A DNA stretch of 64,000 nt from Macrostomum hystrix (GCA_950097015.1 CATNEN010000039.1:17112001-17176000); one strand, 5' to 3'; positions 37,095 to 50,693 are shown, counted from the stretch's first letter. Numbers and translations: made by a program. Notes: generated from the letters alone by a model not told the origin.

Positions 37095-37498
37095 ATGTCT
37101 GGAAACGCCGACTCAGCTGGTGTATCAGGTCCTGGCGGGGTGCCTCTCGGTAGCAAGACATCAGAATTCTATGCCGTGCAGAACATTCCAGAGAGATTCG
37201 ACAATCCTGATTGGTTCAAGGGCTATGGAACTGGCAAGCCGGTGCACCCAATGTACAGGACGACCGCTTCTGACTATGGTAAAATGGCGCCGACTGTGCA
37301 CACAATGCCGACCACATTTCATCCGGTATCCCAGACCTTCTCAGAGGTGATGCCATTTTTTAAAAACCTTGTTTTAAATACAATCGAAACAGACCATATT
37401 GTTAACCGAATATTGGCATCTGATTTCAGGAGCTTGGCAAGTGCGGCATGTACCGAAACCACTCGATGAACACTGGAAAAGATTCGAAGCCAATGTGA
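37095..37498 (+). CDS. PIERCE1: piercer of microtubule wall 1 (C9orf116-like) ciliary protein, 106 aa; exons 37095-37346, 37430-37498
   Basis: IPERFDNPDWFKGY, YRTTASDYG..APTVHTMP..F.P.SQTFS and GMYRNHSMN match the PIERCE1 pattern. Phase-0 GT-AG intron. Confidence 0.85.
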
Positions 37499-38039
37499 TG
37501 ATGATGAGCACTTACATGACACGTGACATGACGAGCTAACGTATCTAAAGGAGATTGAAATGAGGAAGTAGTTAGCATGTTTTATGTTGTTAGCATGTGG
37601 ATCCTGCATTCCTTGAAAATCCGTTCACTAAACATCCGCGACATTTTTTTCTAAATTGTGCAATAAATATTTCACTAAGACTCAAATTTTTAGCTACTTT
37701 TTTGCTTCAAACTATTATTGTTATTTGCAATAAATTGGGTGTTGTTTTGGTATTCAAAATTATTGTACTTGAATTCGTGTCTTTTATTATTATTATTTTA
37801 TACTTTCAAATCTTAGCAACGTGTAAGTTGTTAGAAATAAAACTTTTTAAAGAAACCCGGCTTACTAAAGCTGTCCTGCGGTTTGAGCTTCCTACTCGCC
37901 TAATCGAGAGTTTTGGAAGTCAAATTTCATATTAGGGAAATAATGTATCCTCGAGCAAGACCCCCCCTAATCTACTAAATCGGTTTTGGTCGCGTGATTG
38001 CTCAATTTCTAGTCTTCAAGCCGCTCTAAAAGCCAAGCA

Positions 38040-41000
38040 ATGTCCAGTCATTCGGCCGCAGCTTTGGACGGTCCTAGTCTCGCATCCTCATTCGCCTGCA
38101 TCAACCGGCGCTCCCCAGTTCGTGCGGCCTGGTCTGAGAGTCGCCACAGAGTCAGAACGGCACCCAATGAAAAGCCGGCCAACTACCTGGCGGGATTAGT
38201 GACGCCCAGCCTGTTGACAGTTTCTGAGCCAGTGAGACGGCATTGTGCTACTGCATCTCTGCCCATTCGACAGCATCAGCAGCAGCAGCAGCAACTGGCT
38301 GAGGCGGCTGCAATAAACGAAGCTGTTGTACCGAAGACTGCGGTAAAATAACTACTAAAATAATACGAGTTGCTGGGGGGGGCTCTGGACAGACAGTCGA
38401 CCCGCAGAAAGATCATTCGGTTGACTCCTGAGTACACACTGGCACACGGAAACGTGATGCCGATGCACTCTTACAAAGGTGTGCACGGCCTGACTTATTC
38501 ATTGTCAGGCTGTGAAAAATCTCCCTGGGTTTTCGCCCTGGGGTTCGGCGATCTTTTTGATCGGCGGTTCTAGTCGAAACTAATTTGGTCTCGCCGCGGA
38601 TATTAGCTCAGGGACCACCCAACCCCGCCGCGGATATTAGCTCAGGGACCACCCAACCCCGCCGCGGATATTAGCTCAGGGACCACCCAACCCCGCCGCG
38701 GATATTAGCTCAGGGACCACCCAACCCCGCCGCGGATATTAGCTCAGGGACCACCCAACCCCGCCGCGGATATTAGCTCAGGGACCACCCAACCCCGCCG
38801 CGGATATTAGCTCAGGGACCACCCAACCCCGCCGCGGATATTAGCTCAGGGACCACCCAACCCCGCTGTGAAGGTCACATTTGTGTTTAAGCGATTTTCT
38901 GCTATGCTGTATTTTGAAATCTTGAAATCCTGATTCAAACTCAAACTCAAAACTCAAACGCAGCCGCCAACAAGTCGCACCTTTCAACTCGGCCCCGGCT
39001 TCCAATTGACTCGTTCGCGCGACCGTGTGATGGTCACCCTGGACTCAGACCAGCTGTTCAGCGCTCGACAACAGAAGGCAGAAGCCATCGCCAAGCAGAG
39101 CCGGACGGTGGAGGAGGCGCAACGAGACGCTCTGGTTGGCCAGATGCAGCGCCACCTCGACTCCCTGGTCGTGATGCTAGAAGAGGAGCGGCTGAGGCGT
39201 CACGAAGAAATCGAGGCGCTGACCGCCGAGATGCAGGCTAAAATAAACACACAGTCGCAAGCTCACGAGGGCCGAATTATCGACATGCTGGGTCAGCACC
39301 AGACCGCCGTGCAGCAGCTGGAGAAGGAGAGGGAGGAACAGGTGAGAATTTTTCTCATAATTAGTATTAATATCAACATTTTCGTGACTGAGCTCAAGAT
39401 AAAGATGAAACTTTACAGTAGAAATACCCCAACAATTTTTTGTGCTGCACCCCAACAGAGCAACGCTAGCATGGGAAACTTAAAATTCAGACCCATTTTT
39501 GCGCATCTTATGGAACAAGAATTACCGAGTCGCCAGCTCTTCAGACCGTCGAGATCTTCAATGGTTTTGGCCGGATGTCGGATTTTCGCTATAAACGCTA
39601 GTGTACGGCTCGTATTTCATACACCCCTATACACAAATTAGCACTGCGCCTCAGTGCGGCCTTGTCAGGCCTTCAAAACGTATCAGCAAGTCACCCGAAT
39701 GTGCCTACATCATCTCCGTCTTCGGTGTTCATCCACCTAGGTCCTAGACGGACTGCTGGACCTTCAAGGGCTACAACAGGTGGAAATAGGCAAAATAGAC
39801 ACCATGACGCGAATTTCTCCAATTCCACAGATGAAGCCAAAATATTAGGCGCAGCTCAACCACAGGAAACCCTCGCCTATTCTGTCAACCAATCAGTCAC
39901 CACCCAACACTGTTAGCATTCGGACGCTGCAAAAAAATCAGAGGGAGGGAGAAATTCTCCCTTGGTATAAAAACGGGCGGCAATATTGCTTGGTGGTCCT
40001 ACTGTTAAGTCGACTTTCCTCTACACCTGTTCACGAGCAAAAATATCTAGCTTTTGGCATAACGTATTTTGTGTCTGCTGGTCAATTGTGTTACTAGATT
40101 TTACGATGCAAATTTAGTATATAAGACTAGCTAATTCACCCCACTTAAAAATTGGGTCCACTGTCAAAGTCAGAAACTCGATTTTTTGGCACAAATTTAG
40201 GTTGTTAAACTACTTAACTATCCCCGCCAAAAACTAATTTATAAAATATTACCTTTTTAAACAACTGCTACTAGGCGCAAGAGGCTGAGCGAAAGTACAA
40301 CCTGATGCGCAAAGAACTCGAGAGCCAAATCACCTATCTGAAGAGCAGTTTCGACACCTTTAAAGAATCCTACACTAAAGACCTGGATGATCGTTGGCGA
40401 GCCAAGGAAGCGGACTTGATTGCTGAGGGAGATGCCAAAGCTAAGCGCCTAGTAGATGAAGCCACCAGCGAGATGCTGAAAGAGCGCGAGGCGGAAGTTC
40501 AAGCACTGCAGGAATCTCACAATGCTGAGCTGCAAAAACTGCGCCTGGAGCACGAGAAGGATTTGAGCGAGCTGCACAACCGCTACTCGGACATGGAGGG
40601 CACAGTACAACGTCTCAATGCAGCTACTCGGGACCTCGTGGTAAGCGATTTAAACAGCCTTTCTACTTGTGCTAATCTACGTTTACCAATCCCACTATTA
40701 GAAACCTATTCCATTGGACTTTGGTATTTCCTTTAGAGAAATAAATGTACTTTTTGTGTGTATATATAACAGATATATAAAGATAACAGAAATGAACTTC
40801 TAGCTCATCTGTAACATTTAAGGCTTTTTATTCTAATTAACATTTTTTCTAATGTTAAAATATATAGCTGGACTTTTAGATAGCTAAATTTATTGTTATC
40901 AGTTAGGCTATCATGATACTAATTAACATTTTCGCAAATCTTACCTGTACTGCATGAACTGCAAAATTATAACTACCCAATAGCACATAGCACGGTAGAA

Positions 41001-42485
41001 TCTTAGCAAATAATGACCTGGTAACCACCGCAGATCACTTGTTTATCTTAGACAAACTCCTTTCTTATTTTCAGTGAAACCATGATTCCGTGAGTGCAAA
41101 AAGTAATGTTTTTTTCTACTCTTCATGTGATAAGCTGATAATTATTAAAGTTTTTATTTCTTTTTTTTCAACGAGATTTTCACAAACACGAAACGAAAAA
41201 CTGGATTTATAAATTATAATTTGCTATTGATTTTATACTTTTACTAGACGTCAAACGTTCTTTTGTGATTGCCAACATTTGCTATTTGATATTTTGATTA
41301 TTTGTTTTGCTTTCGATTACCAGGAAGCCGAAAATTCCTCTCACAATGACGCAGATAAAACAGACTCACTCAGATCCATACAATTAGATCTAATCAAATC
41401 AAATCAGAGCAAACAAACGCTACATTGCAAATCACCTGCCAAATACCAAAATCGATCAGTTTCAATCTCGGAACCCTAAAATCTACTACGACACACTACC
41501 AGAGCCCAGAAATCTACCTGTCCCACTTCCAGAGCCCCAAAATCTACCAGTCCCACTTCCAGAGCCCCAAAATCTACCAGTCCCACTTCCAGAGCACCAA
41601 AATCTACCAGTCCCACTTCCAGAGCCCCAAAATCTACCAGTCCCACTTCCAGAGCCCCAAAATCTACCTGTCCCACTTCCAGAGCCCCAAAATCTACCAG
41701 TCACACTTCCAGAGCCCCAAAATCTACCAGTCCCACTTCCAGAGCCCCAAAATCTACCAGTCACACTTCCAGAGCCCCAAAATCTACCTGTCACACTTCC
41801 AGAGCCCAGAAATCTACGAGTCCCACTTCCAGAGCCCAGAAATCTACGAGTCCCACTTCCAGAGCCCAGAAATCTACGAGTCCCACTTCCAGAGCCCAGA
41901 AATCTACCTGTTCCACTTCCAAAGCCAAGATCTACCAGTCACTACCTCAGAACCAGGTAAAAGTTGTTGTTGCCAAAGTACAAATTGAGAAACAAATGCA
42001 TTCCCAAAACTCACCAGGCAAAGGATGAAAAGCTGAAGTCGATCACCGCTCAACTTGAGTCGCGAGCTAACGAAGTGGCCAGCCTGGAGCAAAGCCTCTC
42101 AAACACCCGCTCAGAGCTGGCCGCATTCCGTGCTCGCCTTGACGAACGGGTCCACCTGGTCGACGAAAAGTACAAAAGCCGCATGGCAACAATGCGCCTG
42201 GAAGCTGTGGACCTGCGCAAAGCCTACATTGCCAAATGCGAACAACTGGTTGAACTCAGGAAGACAGACGACACGAAGCTGGGCGATAGAGTCTACAAGT
42301 CCAAGGAGATCATGCGTGACGTCATTAGAGCCAGGCATCGGGTGGAGGTGTCGCTAGCAGCTCTGGATCCAACTGAGGAGGGCCTGCCAGCACTGGCCTA
42401 CGACAGGCGGTTCAGTCAGCCGACCACGGGTCAGGAGAGGCGCCTGGCTGTGCAGTCGGCTGGGAACCATGGCGACCAATTCTAA
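38040..42485 (+). CDS. FLACC1: flagellum-associated coiled-coil protein 1 (ALS2CR12)-like, ~504 aa; exons 38040-38342, 38964-39341, 40275-40640, 42018-42485
   Basis: [38 protein letters not shown] and [17 protein letters not shown] resemble FLACC1 as I recall it. Long coiled coil; all introns are phase-0 GT-AG. The first exon is least certain. Confidence 0.7.
38592..38866. repeat. 34-bp tandem repeat CGCCGCGGATATTAGCTCAGGGACCACCCAACCC x8
   Basis: Identical units with no spacers. Confidence 0.97.
39413..40007. mobile_element. MITE family copy 3 (inverted; FLACC1 intron 2)
   Basis: TACAGTAGAAATAC ... GTGGTCCTACTGTTA ends; long segment nearly identical to copy 2. Confidence 0.82.
41479..41940. 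repeat. 30-bp minisatellite TCCCACTTCCAGAGCCCCAAAATCTACCAG
   Basis: Direct periodicity. Confidence 0.95.
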
Positions 42486-42649
42486 TATGATATAAACTCG
42501 ATATTTGTTTTAATGTACTGAAACATTTTTTAACAAGTAATGATGACTTGTAGATAAATTTGTATTTTATTTATTTTTTTCAGATTGATAATTCAAAAAT
42601 ACTTTGATCCCACTCCAATGATCCCGAATACGATCTGTCACTATCCGTT

Positions 42650-43170
42650 GAACTCCAAGATCTACGAATCGCACTCCCAGAACTCCAAAGTCTACGTTAC
42701 ACTCCCAGAACTCCAAAGTCTACCAGTCACACTCCCAGAACTCCAAAGTCTACCAGTCACACTCCCAGAACTCCAAAGTCTACCAGTCACACTCCCAGAA
42801 CTCCAAAGTCTACCAGTCACACTCCCAGAACTCCAAAGTCTACCAGTCACACTCCCAGAACTCCAAAGTCTACCAGTCACACTCCCAGAACCCTATATAT
42901 CTACCAGTCACACTCCCAGAACTCCAAGGTCTACCAGTCACACTCCCAGAACTCCAAAGTCTACCAGTCACACTCCCAGAACACCAAAGTCTACCAGTCA
43001 CACTCCCAGAACTCCAAAGTCTACCAGTCACACTCCCAGAACTCCAAAGTCTACCATTCACACTCCCAGAACTCCAAAGTCTACCAGTCACACTCCCAGA
43101 ACTTCAAAGTCTACCAGTCACACTCCCAGAACCCTATATATCTACCAATCACACTCCAAAGTCTACCAGT
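42650..43170. repeat. 30-bp minisatellite TCACACTCCCAGAACTCCAAAGTCTACCAG
   Basis: Direct periodicity; unit related to 41479-41940. Confidence 0.95.
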
Positions 43171-44162
43171 CATACTTCCAATATTCGCAGATTAATCATC
43201 TACCAGTTCGACTAACAGAAGCCCAAGTCGTTCAAGCTCCCGTCCTGAACTCAAGTTCCTGAACAGTCTATTGATCCGAGCATCCTTTTTTTCGAGTTCC
43301 TTTATATGTACTTTGCCTGTGCTATTGCCTATGCTGCCTTGCTACACATTCTATAACATAATTATTGGCCGATCGCGGCACTTTTTGTTTCAAATTTGTT
43401 TCTATACTTTAGCATGCCTTGATTGTAAACATTTTACTCTGATGCTTTGATTCTTATTATATATGTTAATTAGCTGTTAATTAGGATTATATTATGTAAA
43501 CGTTTGATCATTGATCAGTTAGACTGTCTGTGATTACCTATACCAAATAATTAGATTAAATAAGTTAACAAATCGCACAGCTAATGCCTAGACTTCATAG
43601 ATCGTCTTCGAGTACAGGAATTAGATTTTTGTTATACTAACTACTTTTAACTCGAATACTTTTATTCTTCGGTAACGAGAATTATCCTTAATAACTGACA
43701 CGTGAGAATTGATTGAAGAACCATAGCATTGTAGTAGAACAAAAATAATATTAGATGACAATAACGACAATTAGAAGTGACCTCATCTTTAATATTACGA
43801 GCGTACATGCACATAAACTGCCCACGAGATTATCACAAGCAACTATGAGATTATAACTAACACTAACATGAGAATATTTATTAAAAGTAGAAAAAAACTT
43901 TCTGTCTTTGGAAAGATCACGAGGAATTTTGAAATACATACTATACTGCCTTCTTCACGATTCGATCTCAAACCGAATGACCGATTTTTCGTGAAAGTAC
44001 ACCATTTGGATCAAAGTCCACCAAAGTCTACCGTTCGGCGATTCCTCGAATAAACATACAAGTCGTATTAGGCGAATCCCTATGTTTAAGGAAACATAAA
44101 AAGATAACAATTTGATCCATGCAGAACGGTAAACTATAATAACCGACATAGCAATTAATAAT

Positions 44163-44520
44163 GTCCAGCAGTTTGTCTAGATAAAGGTAGGTGACCACCG
44201 AAGACGGAGATGATGCAGGCACACTCGGGTGACATGCTGATCAATTTTGAAGGCCTGGCAAGGCCGCACTGAGGCTCAGTGCAAATTCGTGTATAGGGGT
44301 GTATGAAATACACTAGCTCTTATGGGAAAAATCGGACCTTCGGCCAGAAACATTGAATATCTCGACGGTCTGAAGAGCTGGCGACTTTCTTCTTGTTTCA
44401 GAAGATGCGCAACATAAAGTTGGCCCGTGTTCTTGAGTTTCGTGTGCTTGCATTGTTCCGTTCGGGTGCAGGGATAAAAATTGTCAGGGGGGGAAATCCC
44501 CCCCATGGTAGTTCTGTTAA
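44163..44520. mobile_element. MITE family copy 4, partial (one end)
   Basis: Homologous to 10634-10968; ends GGTAGTTCTGTTAA. Confidence 0.78.
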
Positions 44521-45169
44521 AGAAAGATGCAATCAAATTATCAAATAAAATTCTCATCAATGCTGCTGTTTTGTTAGATTGGAAATTTTAATTTGATAAC
44601 AAGGGAATAGAAAAATAAAATTTTTCATATGAACTATTTGAATAGTTTAACATTGAGCCAATAAATTATATATATTATAACGGCGCAATTAAGTGCATCA
44701 AAGTACAGCCAAAGCGAAAAGGAACTTAGTTAAATAAATGTACAGCCAGCTATATTTGGCGTCTAGTCTATGTACGCTCGTCTGGTCAGGGTAAAAAAAT
44801 TCATGCTAGCACCCACCCCACACCCAAGTGTACACACCCCAACAATCTTTCAGGGATAGGAAAAGAAAAACGAAAAACGAAAAATCATTCGCATATTTAG
44901 CTCAGTGTTTCGTTTTTTCATAAAAAATCTGCATCGATTTCTCCCGTGCCGACGGCCCGACATCCAACGCAACAACAACGATTAATATCAAAGCATTGAA
45001 TTCGTTACAATATTCTTAGGTAAGAAAGAGCATGCCTCAAATTTCTTGAATTTTTAAACATTTGTCTGTCTTTTATTCACCTAAGCATCGGGATGAAAAA
45101 ATGTACTTGCAAATCTAGATAACATTTCGTGAGAAATAGTGAATCCTAAATCCAGACAGCTGTCAGAAC

Positions 45170-46061
45170 AGGAGAGATGAGAAAGATAAGAGATTATGCA
45201 TGAAAGATAAGACAGGGAGAGATAAGACACGGGAGAGATGAGACAGGGGAGAGATGAGATAGGAGAGAGATGAGACACGAGAGAGATGAGACAGGGGAGA
45301 GATGAGACAGGGGAGAGATGAGACACGAGAGAGATGAGACAGGGGAGAGATGAGATAGGAGAGAGATGAGACACGAGAGAGATGAGACAGGGGAGAGATG
45401 AGACAGGAGAGAGATGAGACACGAGAGAGATGAGACAGGGGAGAGATGAGACAGGGGAGAGATGAGACACGAGAGAGATGAGACAGGGGAGAGATGAGAC
45501 ACGGGAGAGATGAGACAGGGGAGAGATGAGATAGGGGAGAGATGAGACACCGGAGAGATGAGACACCGGAGAGATGAGACAGGGGAGAGATGAGACAGGG
45601 GAGAGATGAGACAGGGGAGAGATGAGACACCGGAGAGATGAGACACGGGAGAGATAAGACACGGGAGAGATGAGACAGGGGAGAGATGAGACACGAGAGA
45701 GATGAGACAGAGGAGAGATGAGACAGGGGAGAGATGAGACAGGGGAGAGATGAGACAGGGGAGAGATGAGACAGGGGAGAGATGAGACAGGGGAGAGATG
45801 AGACAGGGGAGAGATGAGACAGGGGAGAGATGAGACAGGGGAGAGATGAGACACCGGAGAGATAAGACACGGGAGAGATGAGACAGGGGAGAGATGAGAC
45901 ACGAGAGAGATGAGACAGAGGAGAGATGAGACAGGGGAGAGATGAGACAGGGGAGAGATGAGACAGGGGAGAGATGAGACAGGGGAGAGATGAGATAGGG
46001 GAGAGATGAGACACGGGAGAGATGAGACAGGGGAGAGATGAGACACGGGAGAGATGAGACA
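45170..46061. repeat. 16-bp minisatellite GAGAGATGAGACAGGG
   Basis: Direct periodicity. Confidence 0.96.
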
Positions 46062-46219
46062 AGTGAGATAACTTAATGCTTTCTAGTTAGATGGCAACAG
46101 GGAAATTGCTGTATACTATTTATTTTATATTTTTCTATACCAACAAATTGGTGATTTTTTAAATAAATTTATAATTTCCCGTAATTTTAGTCGCCCATAA
46201 GAAGACGCCTCAGCGCAAT

Positions 46220-47233
46220 ATGGCGTTGAAGTTCAAAGGGCCTGGATCAGTATTTGAATTCGCCAAAGTCAGTAATCACCGAAAGCAGCTAGAAAAGGAG
46301 ACACGCGCTAGTCCTGTCCCCGCCGTGGCATCGATCACCCTCAGTAGCGAGGTCCAATTTGATGGCCCCGTTACCATGGTAACGGTGTGCGACAACACCA
46401 GCGGATTCTTTAGCGACAATTCCGGTCGCATTGTGCCGAGTCATTCAGCTGACTGTGTGGCGGCCCTGTCCAAGACCTGCATCTATGCCAGGATTCACGG
46501 CAACGACTACCTGACAGTTGTGTCAGCTGTCGGTGGTCAGAAATTCCAATGCCGGTGTGACATTGCTGAATGGCGATATATATTTGCCATTCACTGTGAC
46601 AGCGAGCGCCAGCTCTTGTTCATTGGCCAGCCGGACGCCCTGACAGTTACAGATCTCAGCGGGGCGAGGATTCGATGCATCGAGTCCACAGCCATCGACC
46701 ACCTGCAGAGCATTGAAGGTATCGGAGGCAGTTCAGCATTCTTGTTCGCTACTAGCGGCAATAAAATCTTCGCAATCAGCAAAACTACGGGCAAGCTGAA
46801 GGACGTCGTGGCCTTGAAGCGTCTGAAATTTCCCAACGACGCCGAGCTCAGTTGTGTTGGCTTTCGCAACGACAGCATTGTGGTGTTCGATGATGTGCAC
46901 CGACAGTTGCACAGTGTTCAGCTAGACGACAAACTAAACCCCATGGCTCCCTGCAGCAGCCTGGAGCCCAAGTTTTCAAGCTCGATCGAGTTTACACTTG
47001 ATGACGAGGGTCGCATATTTGTTAGCGAATCGAATACCAACTCACTTAAAGTGCTGTCTGCTAAAGACGGCTCGTTGCTATGCCAACTAACGCGTGTTCA
47101 AAGTGCCAACTCGGCCGATGTCGCCGAGTTTAAAAGGCCGCTTGGCTTGGCACTGGTGACCATTGATGAGCAGCAACAGCTGGTTGTTGCCGACTGTGAC
47201 AATCATCGGCTCCTGCTGCTGAACATTGACTGA
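46220..47233 (+). CDS. NHL-like beta-propeller protein, diverged paralog of the 13.9/29.0 kb genes without the Cys cluster and coiled coil
   Basis: Shares VTVCDNTSGF, RQLLFIGQPDALTVTDLSG, SGNKIFA and LVVADCDNHRLLLLNID with copies A and B. An acceptor TTTTAG at 46190 and a donor at ~45020 suggest an upstream exon. Confidence 0.75.
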   Translation: MALKFKGPGSVFEFAKVSNHRKQLEKETRASPVPAVASITLSSEVQFDGPVTMVTVCDNTSGFFSDNSGRIVPSHSADCVAALSKTCIYARIHGNDYLTVVSAVGGQKFQCRCDIAEWRYIFAIHCDSERQLLFIGQPDALTVTDLSGARIRCIESTAIDHLQSIEGIGGSSAFLFATSGNKIFAISKTTGKLKDVVALKRLKFPNDAELSCVGFRNDSIVVFDDVHRQLHSVQLDDKLNPMAPCSSLEPKFSSSIEFTLDDEGRIFVSESNTNSLKVLSAKDGSLLCQLTRVQSANSADVAEFKRPLGLALVTIDEQQQLVVADCDNHRLLLLNID

Positions 47234-48109
47234 CTTTGCACTGCATGTTCATACCAGAATGGGCCACTGTAAATGTTTTGGTTTAAAGGAATTCAGCGAA
47301 GTTGGTTGCTCTTTTATTGGTCGAAGAAGTCAATCGATTGATTGATTAAAACCTTAACTAGCTAGGCTTGCTGTTGCGTAATAACCGAAAATTTCCAGAA
47401 AATGCTTGATCGGTATAACAAAGAAATCAAGATAATATTATTTACATACTAAATACCATACTAGTATATTTAGCTGATGTACCGAATTCAGAGCTCTCTT
47501 GACAATTAGTTTTAAGTTTTAAGAACACACTTTTAAGTACCACAAGCTTTTTAATTCACAAGTAGTCTATATTTTGGATTAAAAATTCATCCGTTTTGTT
47601 ATTCTGTTCTCCTTTTAGCTTTTCAAATAGACGACTGCAGGTCAGATTTTGGATAACGTGCTTAATATCAATATTTTAAATCAGAACTGTTTAACTACTG
47701 TTTTTCAACTATTGGCCATGCAGATTAAGTGTCTCTTGTTTGCGTTTTAAGACCACAGCAGCTTAATTATACTACTTTGAGTAACTATTCTTGAATATCT
47801 TACATAAAAGTACTATGTTAAATATATAGCACCTGTGCTATGCAACAACTCCATCTCGCTAATTAACATTGTTGGTTGTAATTTTGAATAGTGCTAATAG
47901 AAACTTTTGGGAAAGCTTTGTCGCTATGTCTTCTCTGCAGTTGCTACAGTAATCCTTTAACATCCCCCCTGCTGACTGTCTGTCTGTCAGTTGAACTGAC
48001 TCTGCTCTGTCACATGTGTTTTAGGATAAGATGATATATTTCCGTCTATAAACATCAGCGCAATTGGATCAGCAGATAATCAGCCGGTCGCCAAAGAGAA
48101 AGGTAGAAA

Positions 48110-48680
48110 AGGTAGACTGACAGACATGCAGAAAGCCAGACAGGTACAAAGACAGACAGGTTAAAAGTACATACAGGTAGAAATTACAGTCAGGTTGAAA
48201 GTGCAGACAGGTAGAAAGTACAGACAGGTTGAACGTACAGAGAGATAGCAAGTACAGAGAGATAGAAAGTACAGAGAGATAGAAAGTACAGAGAGATAGA
48301 ACGTACAGACAGGTTGAAAGTACAGACAAGTAGAAAGTACAGACAGGTAGAAAGTACAGAAAGGTTGAAAGTACAGACAGGTAGAAAGACAGACAGGTTA
48401 AAAGTAGATACAGGTAGAAAGTACAGAGAGATAGAAAGTACAGAGAGAAAGAAAGTACAGACAGGTGGAAAGTACAGACAGGTGGAAAGTACAGACAGGT
48501 GGAAAGTACAGACAGGTGGAAAGTACAGACAGGTGGAAAGTACAGAGAGATAGAAAGTACAGACAGGTGGAAAGTACAGACAGGTTAAAAGTAGATACAG
48601 GTAGATAGTACAGAGAGATAGAAAGTACAGAGAGATAGAAAGTACAGACAGGTGGAAAGTGCAGACAGGTGGAAAGTCAG
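48110..48680. repeat. degenerate minisatellite AGACAGGTAGAAAGTAC
   Basis: Direct periodicity. Confidence 0.9.
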
Positions 48681-49311
48681 AAGAAAAGCAGACAGACAGA
48701 GAGACAGACGGGCAGACAGATGGACAGGCTTAAGTAATGAGACGAAGACAAACATGAAGACAATTGAAACTGACGAGCTGACTACTTACTAGCTCTGGAT
48801 TAGAAAGTCAATTGAGCAGTGAACAGAGCAGTCACGTTTGCAAAGCTTACTAGCTCAATCAGAAGTAGCAAGCTGAATCTAAAGCAGAGCCCGGCCTTGG
48901 AAAACAGGCGGCAAAGTTGAAAATTGATGAGGCGAATCGCCAATTGGAACTGACTGACAGCCAGCAGCCAATTTTTGAAATCTCGATGAGCTTTCACGCC
49001 TGAGCACTTAGGAAAGCGGCTGTGGCACTGATTTCCCAGATGCTGCCTCATGTGTGATACCTGATCTTTTTAGACATATTGATTTTTAGTCAGAGCTTTT
49101 CTCCTTGTTTTCTACGTTCGCTTTTGATTTTTTGCCATCGGAGTCGCTTCATTTAGAGCTCAAAATAGATTCTTGCTAAAACTGCTTTGCGTACTTTTGC
49201 GCTAGCCAACTTATGCTGCTTGATGTATGGATACAGGGTTCAGATTTGAAACCAGCTCTAAGGCACTGGACACACAGATCACACAGACAGATCGCAACAA
49301 CAGAATAGGCT

Positions 49312-49698
49312 GACACCCAGAACAGAACAGAACATACAGACACCCAGAACAGAACAGAACATACAGACACCCAGAACAGAACATACAGACACCCAGAACA
49401 GAACAGAACATACAGACACCCAGAACAGAACAGAACATACAGACACCCAGAACAGAACAGAACATACAGACACCCAGAACAGAACAGAACATACAGACAC
49501 CCAGAACAGAACAGAACATACAGACACCCAGAACAGAACAGAACATACAGACACCCAGAACAGAACAGAACATACAGACACCCAGAACAGAACAGAACAT
49601 ACAGACACCCAGAACAGAACAGAACATACAGACACCCAGAACAGAACAGAACATACAGACACCCAGAACAGAACAGAACATACAGACACCCAGAACAT
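49312..49698. repeat. 27-bp minisatellite GACACCCAGAACAGAACAGAACATACA
   Basis: Direct periodicity. Confidence 0.95.
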
Positions 49699-50431
49699 AA
49701 CTCACAGGCAGAAGTGGCAGTAACCAGAAACAAGAGAACAGTGTCCTGAATGAATAAATCCCTATTCCTGCCCAACGACAGCAATGCATATGAAGTCTGA
49801 AATCATTAAAAAGTATCGACAAAGTACACTCCCCAGCAGGTCGTGCTCTTTGAAGTCCTCGGTGTCTCAGTTTTCATATGCTTTGTCAAGTCACGTTTCG
49901 CATGCTCTCTTTGATTAATCTTGCATTGGCAGTTCAGTGATATGCGGAGTTGAGGTGGGTGCTTATTTCCAGCCAATCAGAACTGTCGGCAAGTAACCAC
50001 CATAAGCTGCCAGATGTTGAAATAGAAAGGTAAGAGAGACAACCAGATATCAGATTAGAATTTCGTGTCGCATTGGTAGTTAGACATCGCTTCAAACCCG
50101 TTGTGTTCTCCAGCATTAGTCTGTGACTTATCTGTTCTTATTTTTATTCTGTCTGCTTTTCTTGTTCCGTCAGAAGAGGCCGGAGCCGAGACCTGGAATG
50201 AATCGGTAAGTTTTATTAAACTCAGCCTGCAATGCTTTGTCCTAGGATGGGAACTAGACCTTTATCAATTATCAGCGTAAAAGCACTGGTTAATTAGTTA
50301 ATCTTATTACACAAGATTAATCCAATCAATTAATCAGTAAGAGCTATTGCACAAAAAATCACAGACAACGAGAGGCAAAACCAGAATTTGATTTATGGGG
50401 ACATTTGCTTTCAAACATTTCGGTAGCTTTT

Positions 50432-50583
50432 TTATCTATCTATCTATCTATCTATTTATCTATCTATATATCTATTTATCTATCTATTTATATATCTATC
50501 TATTTATCTATCTGTTTATCTATCTATCTATCAATCTATCTATCTATCTATCTATCCATCTATCTATTTCCCAATCTATCTAT

Positions 50584-50621
<38 letters not shown>

Positions 50622-50693
50622 CATCTATCTATCTATCCATCTATCTATTTCCCAATCTATCTATTCTATCTATCTATCTATCTATCTATCTAT
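50432..50693. repeat. (TCTA)n microsatellite
   Basis: Direct periodicity. Confidence 0.95.

Noticed and set aside
38592-38866. CRISPR-like 34-bp repeats (also the 20-27-bp arrays)
   Set aside because: Units abut with no unique spacers, there are no cas genes, and the context is eukaryotic.
41324-41957. Extra FLACC1 exon (acceptor at 41323, donor at 41958)
   Set aside because: It contains an in-frame stop and the 30-bp array. Exons 3 and 4 join in frame without it.
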